Below are positions 26,901 to 32,000 of a DNA stretch of 32,000 nt, in pieces; position 1 is the stretch's first letter; each line of letters opens with the position of its first letter. This DNA is from Mucisphaera calidilacus (lineage in GTDB: Bacteria; Planctomycetota; Phycisphaerae; Phycisphaerales; Phycisphaeraceae), in NCBI RefSeq assembly GCF_007748075.1, contig NZ_CP036280.1, positions 630,001 to 662,000 of the forward strand, given 5' to 3'. The position numbers and the translations under genes were made by a program. The notes below the pieces were generated by a model. The model did no database searches, was not told where the DNA came from, and saw only the letters and a program-made list of their open reading frames with translations.

Positions 26901-27114
26901 CGTAGCCGGCCCCGGCTTCGAAGCTGAAGTCGACGCGGAGCGCGGTTTCGCCGTCGGGCTGCTGTTCGGTGGTGAGGGTCTGCCGGACGCCGTCGGCGGG
27001 TATGGCGGCCCATGCGTCGGGGTCGGAGCCGTCGTAGAGGGTGTGCTGATCGAGGGCGTGGCAGAGGGTGGTGGCGGTGAGGATCGCGACGGTCAGGGTC
27101 AACCAGTTTCGCAT
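23986..27114 (-). CDS. secreted multidomain glycoside-hydrolase-like protein: N-terminal CBM-like beta-sandwich, F5/8 type C (discoidin) domain, C-terminal (alpha/alpha)6 glucoamylase/GH15-like barrel
   Basis: Signal peptide MRNWLTLTVAILTATTLCHA. The discoidin-like segment reads MMDLGDLREFAGILLGWSTDRYPQAYTLETSTDGNTW...ARYLRIN. The barrel motifs are ERSWIRDGALTG...QYDNGKIPC and GDMPHTWVGAGF. The family assignment rests on motif recognition only. Confidence 0.75.
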   Translation of the reverse strand: MRNWLTLTVAILTATTLCHALDQHTLYDGSDPDAWAAIPADGVRQTLTTEQQPDGETALRVDFSFEAGAGYAVSQLKLPQPINLPENFALTFDLRGDTPPNTLEVKLLDPSGENVWWVNRRNHTFTKAWTNVRLKRRHFVFAWGPAGGEQLHDQLGALEIVVTASSGGQGTIWIDNVQLQPIPPAVTGPLQLAVRCEQSENDLYRTTTLVAQPDAINLRTQPGDHSTIMMDLGDLREFAGILLGWSTDRYPQAYTLETSTDGNTWTQLAAVTQGIGGPDGHLAPEHEARYLRINTTRTHDSQGLTLESLQLLPVDAPSPANAIIQSAAAAAPRGTFPMTTENRQVFWNVVGLPDRDEEALISEHGSLEVHKGGFTLEPLLRVNDNVLTWADAAHTQHLAPGPVPISSVTRTHDKLSLTITPLPRVIDNNQVILTRYRITNTSDTPQAVTLGLAIRPLQVLPPWQNLNIDGGHSPIHRVRHAHDDHGLIVNDNAPVIAINPPDALTVGSFIDGQPTDWLRHDIESETDETHDTHGLASGLMAFDHQLEPGASADVIVATPLGDSLVPAISKLRRLDFDQQYEQAIDEWEERLGPRIFAVDHPSAAPMLDSLRAQLGYILINKDGDRIQPGSRTYERSWIRDGALTGTALVNLGQAASVARYLDWYADYQYDNGKIPCVVDHRGADPVDEHDSTGQFIYLAKLLLDHTGDTEFARRHDQHVRKAVDYLEALRNQRLTEPYLGTAYEGLVPESISHEGYSAKPMHAYWDNTFVVRGFADAAAIAQRLGETENAQRYAQLADAHRQAMVRSVEMAATEHGIDYIPGCVELGDFDPPSTAVAISVGDLRHHLPADLMNRTFDKYWEGFITRLTDERDWFDYTPYELRVMSTMVRLGHRERAHTMYQWLARDQHPANWLHWAEIAYRDDRAPRFIGDMPHTWVGAGFINATRAMFVAEDETRGQLRLGLGIRSTWLDGQGVRVTDAPTRYGSISYQLRRVGDTAHLHITGDASPPNGIILYLPGPSGSQAITTTIPQSPASLTIDLTP

Positions 27115-27144
27115 CGTGTTGTTCCGGAGGGGTGAGTCTGAGGT

Positions 27145-29457
27145 TTACGCGTTGGCTTGTCGTCGGTGGGTGAGAAAGAGTCCGAGTGTGAGGGGGCATG
27201 CTGCGGCGGGTTCGGGGAGGTTGATGGACTGGCCGAAGGCGGTGGCGAGTCGCGAGAGGTCGATGAGGTCGATGATGCCGTCGCCGTTGTTGTCGCCTTG
27301 GGCCCAGCCGCCGGCTTGTTCAAAGGAGGCGGCGAGGATCGAGAGGTCGAGGAGGTCAACGGTTCCGCTGAGGTTGGCGTCGCCGACGAGGGTGCCGGTG
27401 CCGGGTCCGAGGTCGGTTTCGACGAGGGAGGCGACGAGGATGGCGTGGTCGATGGCGTCGATGCTGCCGTCGTTGTCGAGGTCGTACATGGGGCCGGCCT
27501 GGGTGGCGGTGAGGCCGAGGCGTGCTGAGAGTCGGTCGATGTCGTCGGCGTTGATGAGGTTGTCGCGGGTGAAGTCGCCTGCGATGAGTGGGTTGAAGAC
27601 CTTGTCGAGGGCGTCGGCGACTTCGGGGACGTTGGCGTAGTCGGCGGCGTCGTTCCAGAGGTACTCGAAGAGTGCCATGGTGGAGAGCGTGGTGTTCCAG
27701 AGGTCGTAGAAGCCGCGTACTTCGCTGGGGAGTGCTGCGTTGGTGGTCCAGCGTGCGGCGTCGGAGAGTCCGAAGGGTCCTTCGAGGTCGTTCTCGAGGA
27801 GGAAGCGGATGGCGGCTTCGCCGGCGGGTTCGTCGCCGAGGAGCGCGAAGGCGGCGGACCAGGGCATGAAGAGGTCGGGGTAGCCGTGGTCGTCGTAGGC
27901 GCTGTACTGGGCGTAGGGTCCGTCGGAGGTGTTGGCGCCGGCGTCGGGCTGGAGGAAGAAGGCGCGGTTGATGGCGGCGAAGTAGGCGTCGACGTCCTGC
28001 TGGTAGAGCTCGGCGTTGCGGTTGGGGTTGCCGGCGAGGGAGGCGATGGGGTAGGTGTCGTCGCCTCGGTCGCTGGTGTCGACGAAGAGGGGCAGGAGCC
28101 ACTGGACGAAGGGCGGGCGGAACTGTTCGGAGCTGTTGACGAGGTGTGCCTTGTCGGGGTCGACGAGGAAGTCATGCTCGCGGTGGACGGAGGAGTGATA
28201 CTGCTCGGTGATATCGACGTGGAAGTCGTCGTTGAGGTGCGCGGCGAGCGAGATGACCCAGTTCTCGCCGCCGTAGCCGTTGTAGGTTCCGCCGAGCATC
28301 TGCTGGGTGTTGGTGTTGTAGGCGAGGCTCCAGCCGGTGTTGGGTCCGGTGGTGTCGCTGAAGGCGGCGAAGTCGAAGCGGTTGCGGAGGTCGTCGAGTT
28401 CGTTGCGGAGGTCGTCGGGTGTGGATTCGCGGCTGCTGTAGCGGTGCATGGCGAGGGCGAGGAAGGCGGTGTCGATGTTGGTTTCTTCGGGGACGAGGTC
28501 GTTGGCGAGGGTCTGCCAGTTGAAGTAGCGGCCGGGGGCGTGCGTCGCCTGGTCCATGATGGTGTTGAAGCTGTCGGCGAGGGTGGTCATGTAGGCGTCG
28601 GCCTCGTGCTGGGGGACCCAGCCGTTGTCGACGGCGCGGGGGAGCATGAGGGCCATGGCGGCGGTGACGTTGATGGCGCCGTGGCCGGCGTTGGTGGAGT
28701 GGAGGGGCATGAGGCCGTTGACGCGGTTGCGTGAGCCCCAGATGGCCTGCCACTGCCGTTTGGCGAGGCGTTCGGCGACCTGGTTGATGGGAGCGGTGGC
28801 GACGTCGACGGGGCCGCCGGGTTCGCGGAGGACCATCTCGTCGAAGTAGATCGAGCCGTCGACGGCGGTGCCCTGGTTGGCCTGGACGACCATGCCGAGG
28901 GACTTGGTTCGGTCGAGGAAGTCGTGCTCGGTGCCGGCGGGGATGCCGGTGCGTTGCCAGCCGGGGTCGTTGAGGTCGAGGGGGATGCTGATCTGTTGCC
29001 AACTGCGTCCGGCGTCGATGGTGAGGGGCATGCGGGCGATGTGTCCGTTGCCGTCGCGGTAGTCCTTGATCTCGAACTGGATGGTGAAGGGTTCGCCGGT
29101 GTCGTTGCGGAGGGCGAAGTCGACGGAGGCGTAGGGGGTGAGGTCGCGGCTGGTGGCGAATTCGCCGGCGGGGCCGTAGGCGGCGAGGGGTGCCTGGATG
29201 AAGCCCCAGTCGTTCTGCGCGAGTGTGCCCTCGGTCTTGATGACGTAGCCGGCCTGTCCGGCGTAGCGCGTGGTGGTGGTTCTGTCGAGGTCGAGGTTGT
29301 AGGCGAGTGGGTTTCCGCCGAAGCGGTTGGTGAGGGTTTCGAGGGTTTCGCCGTCCCAGAGCGGGACGACGGCGAGGTCGCTGGAGGCGATGGCGGGCGC
29401 GGCGAGGGCGAGTCCCGCGAGGAGTGTGGTGAGCCGGGATCGTGAGGGGGTACGCAT
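27145..29457 (-). CDS. secreted PEP-CTERM protein: N-terminal CBM-like module, (alpha/alpha)6-barrel glycoside-hydrolase-like core (DUF3131/GH144-like, tentative), four dockerin-like loops, PEP-CTERM anchor
   Basis: Signal peptide LLAGLALAAPAIASS. The core carries GPFGLSDAARW...FYDLWNTTLS. The tail reads DLDNDGSIDAID...GDANLSGTVDLLDLSILAASF...GDNNGDGIIDLIDLSRLATAFG...LPEPAAACPLTLGLFLTHRRQ. Confidence 0.72.
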   Translation of the reverse strand: MRTPSRSRLTTLLAGLALAAPAIASSDLAVVPLWDGETLETLTNRFGGNPLAYNLDLDRTTTTRYAGQAGYVIKTEGTLAQNDWGFIQAPLAAYGPAGEFATSRDLTPYASVDFALRNDTGEPFTIQFEIKDYRDGNGHIARMPLTIDAGRSWQQISIPLDLNDPGWQRTGIPAGTEHDFLDRTKSLGMVVQANQGTAVDGSIYFDEMVLREPGGPVDVATAPINQVAERLAKRQWQAIWGSRNRVNGLMPLHSTNAGHGAINVTAAMALMLPRAVDNGWVPQHEADAYMTTLADSFNTIMDQATHAPGRYFNWQTLANDLVPEETNIDTAFLALAMHRYSSRESTPDDLRNELDDLRNRFDFAAFSDTTGPNTGWSLAYNTNTQQMLGGTYNGYGGENWVISLAAHLNDDFHVDITEQYHSSVHREHDFLVDPDKAHLVNSSEQFRPPFVQWLLPLFVDTSDRGDDTYPIASLAGNPNRNAELYQQDVDAYFAAINRAFFLQPDAGANTSDGPYAQYSAYDDHGYPDLFMPWSAAFALLGDEPAGEAAIRFLLENDLEGPFGLSDAARWTTNAALPSEVRGFYDLWNTTLSTMALFEYLWNDAADYANVPEVADALDKVFNPLIAGDFTRDNLINADDIDRLSARLGLTATQAGPMYDLDNDGSIDAIDHAILVASLVETDLGPGTGTLVGDANLSGTVDLLDLSILAASFEQAGGWAQGDNNGDGIIDLIDLSRLATAFGQSINLPEPAAACPLTLGLFLTHRRQANA
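27148..27579 (-). repeat. dockerin-like repeats (two pairs) + PEP-CTERM cassette, copy 2
   Basis: The 144-aa tail is colinear with the tail of the 31389-32000 gene. Confidence 0.7.
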
Positions 29458-29498
29458 CGGTTCCTACAGCATGAACCAGGGATGGCCGTGGAGCCAGC

Positions 29499-30323
29499 TC
29501 ATTGGGTGACGATGTTGCCTTGTGGGTGTCCCCAATTGTACCAGGGGCCGTTGCCGTTGCCGTCGAGGGGCGTGGGGCTGCCTTTGTAGCTCTTGTATTC
29601 TTCGATGGCCATGAATTCGGAATGGCCGTCGACGAAACTCAGGTTGGAGCCTGAGCCGTTGCCGTGTCGGAGCACCTCGTTCCCCGTGCTATCGAGTCCG
29701 GTCACCTCATCGAGGGGTGTATCGATGTCCAGGGCGATGACGGCCATGGTCTGGTCGGTGATGCGGCTGACTTTGTAGGAGAGCAGGCCTTCTCCCGCAG
29801 CGGGTACGTTGAGGTTGTCATTGAATTTGTAGTCGGTGAAGTAGGATTCGCCGGACATATCGAAGCCCCCGTTGCTGTCGAGTTTCATCTCGTACCAGCC
29901 GAGTCCCATGAGGTTCGTGTGCGCGATGTTGGGCGATACCCAGAGTTCTCCATGGGTGTTCATCTGTTCGGCGAGGGGGCATCGGAAGGCTTCGAAGGAC
30001 TGGATGTAGGGGTAGATCATCGGGATCTGGATGCCCTGCGTGTTGTAAGAGATCGAGAGGGGGAATTTTGCGCCGCTGGGGAGGGTGGCGTCGAAGGATG
30101 AGGGCAGGTAGTCGTCGTTGTCGAAGGCGTAGTACTGGGCGCCGAGTGAGAGTTGGCGCAGGCCCGAGAGGCAGGACATGTCCTGGGCGGCTCTGCGAGC
30201 CGCGCCGAGTGCGGGGAGGAGGATGCCGATGAGCAGGGCGATGATGGAGATGACGACGAGCAGTTCGATGAGGGTGAAACCGGAGTTGCTTCGGGGTGTC
30301 GGTGGCTGGTTGCGCGTCATCAT
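29499..30323 (-). CDS. prepilin-type N-terminal cleavage/methylation domain protein (DUF1559 / H-X9-DG-like pseudopilin)
   Basis: SNSG|FTLIELLVVISIIALLIGILLPALGAARRAAQ is a class III signal peptide. The C-terminal motif is RHGNGSGSNLSFVDGHSEF. The tandem ATGs at 30323/30320 follow AGGAGA, so the track GTG at 30347 is less likely. Confidence 0.85.
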   Translation of the reverse strand: MMTRNQPPTPRSNSGFTLIELLVVISIIALLIGILLPALGAARRAAQDMSCLSGLRQLSLGAQYYAFDNDDYLPSSFDATLPSGAKFPLSISYNTQGIQIPMIYPYIQSFEAFRCPLAEQMNTHGELWVSPNIAHTNLMGLGWYEMKLDSNGGFDMSGESYFTDYKFNDNLNVPAAGEGLLSYKVSRITDQTMAVIALDIDTPLDEVTGLDSTGNEVLRHGNGSGSNLSFVDGHSEFMAIEEYKSYKGSPTPLDGNGNGPWYNWGHPQGNIVTQ

Positions 30324-30391
30324 GAGTCTCCTGTAGGGGCGCAGCACACCACACGGTCTGCCGTGACCTGTGCGATGTCGGGTGAGAGAAG

Positions 30392-30421
30392 CCGGTCCCG
30401 CGCCGTCAGGCGGGGAACCGG
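30392..30421 (-). terminator. candidate intrinsic terminator after the 266-aa PEP-CTERM gene
   Basis: A 13-bp GC-rich stem with 2 mismatches (ccggtcccgcgcc / ggcggggaaccgg) and a 4-nt loop. On the minus strand it is followed by CTTCTCTC, which is only moderately U-rich. Confidence 0.35.
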
Positions 30422-30434
30422 GGGTAGGGTGGTT

Positions 30435-31232
30435 TTATGCCGCGTGACGGCGGACGAGTCCGGCGATGCCGAGGCCGAGGAGGGCCAGGGCGGAGGGTTC
30501 GGGTGTGACGCGGATGTCTTCGAAGCTGACGTTGGCGAACTCGGCGGAGTTGTTGAGGTCGGGTGAGATCTGAGTGTAGAAGCCGACGTTGTACTGGAGG
30601 GGTCCGCCCTCGAGGTTGGACCAGTCGAGGAGTCCGCTGGACTCGAGGCCGTTGCCTCGGTCGATGACGTACTCGACCTTTCCGGGGACGCCGAAGCTGC
30701 CGCTGGGCGTGTAGGTCATCTGCATGAAGATGGTGTCGCCGAGGGTGTATCCGTCGCCGCCGCCGTTGCTGCCGAAGATGAAGAAGGGTGCGCCGCCGCC
30801 GAAGGCGACGATCTCGCCGGCGTCGGAGTTGATGAGGAAGAGTGCGTCGCCGGTGATGCCGCTGTTGACGCGGATGCCGGCTTCCTTGCGGGGTGCGGCG
30901 GAGCCGACGTTCATGGTGACGTTGGCGCTGACGGAGAATCCGTCGTTGAGGTTGAGGAGGGTCGCGGTGGCGCCGCCGTCCATGGAGATCATGGCGTCGT
31001 GTCGGTTGGCCCAGTTGCCGCCGATGCCGTCGTCGGCGTAGCCGGACTCGTTGAAGGCGACGATGGCGGGGAAGTTGTCGGTGGTGGTGAGTGTGGTGGT
31101 GCTGAAGTCGTTGAAGAAGCGTTCGCTGATGGCGACGCCGTCGGTGAGTTCAGCGCTGGCGTACAGGGGTGCGGTGATGGCGAGCGCGAGAGTGCATGAT
31201 GCCGCGATACGGGTTGTTGCGAGATTCTCCAT
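30435..31232 (-). CDS. secreted PEP-CTERM protein (266 aa), possibly a lectin/jelly-roll-like fold
   Basis: The ATG at 31232 is preceded by GAGGAGG. Signal peptide AASCTLALAITAPLYASA. The C-terminus is VTPEPSALALLGLGIAGLVRRHAA. The Pro/Arg-rich N-terminal extension in the track ORF is rejected. Confidence 0.75.
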   Translation of the reverse strand: MENLATTRIAASCTLALAITAPLYASAELTDGVAISERFFNDFSTTTLTTTDNFPAIVAFNESGYADDGIGGNWANRHDAMISMDGGATATLLNLNDGFSVSANVTMNVGSAAPRKEAGIRVNSGITGDALFLINSDAGEIVAFGGGAPFFIFGSNGGGDGYTLGDTIFMQMTYTPSGSFGVPGKVEYVIDRGNGLESSGLLDWSNLEGGPLQYNVGFYTQISPDLNNSAEFANVSFEDIRVTPEPSALALLGLGIAGLVRRHAA

Positions 31233-31388
31233 GGTGATCCTCCTCTGTGGTTGACAGGACGTGAAACGGGTTTGGCGTCCGGCTCGGCACGCGCGGGCCG
31301 GTCGCGGGTGTTGGGCCGGTGATGTGCCGGCGTTGAGACGTTGGCTGGGGATGTGTGTCGCGTGACACATGGTTGATCCTGCTTGGGG

Positions 31389-32000
31389 TCAGTGTCGGCG
31401 TGTGAGACCGAGTGCGGCGAGGCTCAGCAGCGTGAGGCTCGCGGGTGCGGGGACGGCATTGGTTTCGAAGTTGCTGGCGAGAATCGAGAGGTCGAGCAGG
31501 TCGACGGTGGTGTCGGTGTTGAAGTTGCCGCCGGCCCAGCCGGCGCCGGCGTCGAAGTTGCTGGCGAGTGCTGAGAGGTCGAGTAGGTCGACGCTGCCGT
31601 CGAGTGTGGCGTCGCCGAAGCTGGTGGCGAGGATGTCCTCGACGATGAAGTTGAGGTCGCCGTTGTCGACGCCATTCTGCCCGTCGAGGTCGTAGACGGG
31701 GTCGGTGGATCCGGTTCGGATGGCGGCGGTGAGCAGGTCGATGTCGGTGGCGTCAACGACGCCGTCGTTGTTGAAGTCGCCGGGGATTGTGTTGCCGCCG
31801 TCGGTGATGGTCCAGTTGGCGGTGGTGACCTTTCCGAAGTCTGCGGGGAAGGCGAAGACGTTGGGGGGGAACTGGGCGTAGACGCCGAGGCTGCTGCCGT
31901 CGATGACGCCGTTCTCGAGGTTGTTGATTTCGCGGGGGCCGCTGGAGGCTCCGTCGACGAGGAACTCCATGGTTGCGGGCGTGGAGCCGCCCTGGCCGTC
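31389..32000 (-). CDS. PEP-CTERM-like protein with four dockerin-like loops, C-terminal fragment (N-terminus beyond window end)
   Basis: The frame is open to the window edge upstream of the track ATG (31970). The tail reads GDFNNDGVVDATDIDLL...YDLDGQNGVDNGD...GDATLDGSVDLLDLSALASNF...NFNTDTTVDLLDLSILASNF...VPAPASLTLLSLAALGLTRRH. Confidence 0.75.
   Translation of the reverse strand, partial: DGQGGSTPATMEFLVDGASSGPREINNLENGVIDGSSLGVYAQFPPNVFAFPADFGKVTTANWTITDGGNTIPGDFNNDGVVDATDIDLLTAAIRTGSTDPVYDLDGQNGVDNGDLNFIVEDILATSFGDATLDGSVDLLDLSALASNFDAGAGWAGGNFNTDTTVDLLDLSILASNFETNAVPAPASLTLLSLAALGLTRRH
31392..31781 (-). repeat. dockerin-like repeats (two pairs) + degenerate PEP-CTERM (VPAP) cassette, copy 3
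   Basis: The 130-aa tail is colinear with copy 2. The sorting motif reads VPAP instead of VPEP/LPEP. Confidence 0.7.

Noticed and set aside
1-32000. Search for CRISPR arrays, IS elements/transposases, integrases, rRNA, and phage or defence modules
   Set aside because: There are no regularly spaced direct repeats and no transposase, integrase or recombinase-like ORFs. There are no terminal inverted repeats flanking a compositional island. The only repeats are protein-level dockerin/PEP-CTERM modules.

Overview
This is a high-GC (~65-70% by eye) bacterial chromosomal segment with dense coding on both strands. I found no rRNA, tRNA, CRISPR array or mobile element. The DUF1559-type pseudopilin, four PEP-CTERM proteins, dockerin-like repeats and an ECF sigma pair suggest a Planctomycetota/PVC-like (possibly Phycisphaerae-like) organism, but that is inference only.

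Positions 1-20.2 kb are mostly housekeeping genes: cca fragment, amidase_2, Ser/Thr kinase, comEC, ECF sigma/anti-sigma, purB, lpxA, lipB, a GT-C glycosyltransferase, a SPOR lipoprotein, a SahR-like ArsR-methyltransferase regulator with ahcY, infC, cdsA, an RDD protein, queC and gatB.

Positions 20.4-32 kb look accessory, interrupted only by typA. They hold four PEP-CTERM proteins (three with a duplicated dockerin-like Ca-binding module), two large secreted (alpha/alpha)6-type glycoside-hydrolase-like proteins and an orphan pseudopilin. Most of these lie in one minus-strand gene string.

The most striking signal is not a gene. The plus strand is strongly G- and T-enriched across the whole window regardless of gene orientation. 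Codon choice therefore flips with strand, and very long stop-free shadow ORFs appear on the minus strand.

Other points worth a second look:
- infC appears to start at a non-AUG ATC codon.
- A perfect 14-bp palindrome lies over the start codon of the SahR-like regulator upstream of ahcY.
- cdsA carries substitutions in its signature motif.
- A7 and A9 homopolymer tracts sit inside minus-strand genes.

I did not see a clear-cut novel defence or mobile system. The PEP-CTERM/dockerin/GH/pseudopilin locus is the best candidate for an undescribed functional unit.
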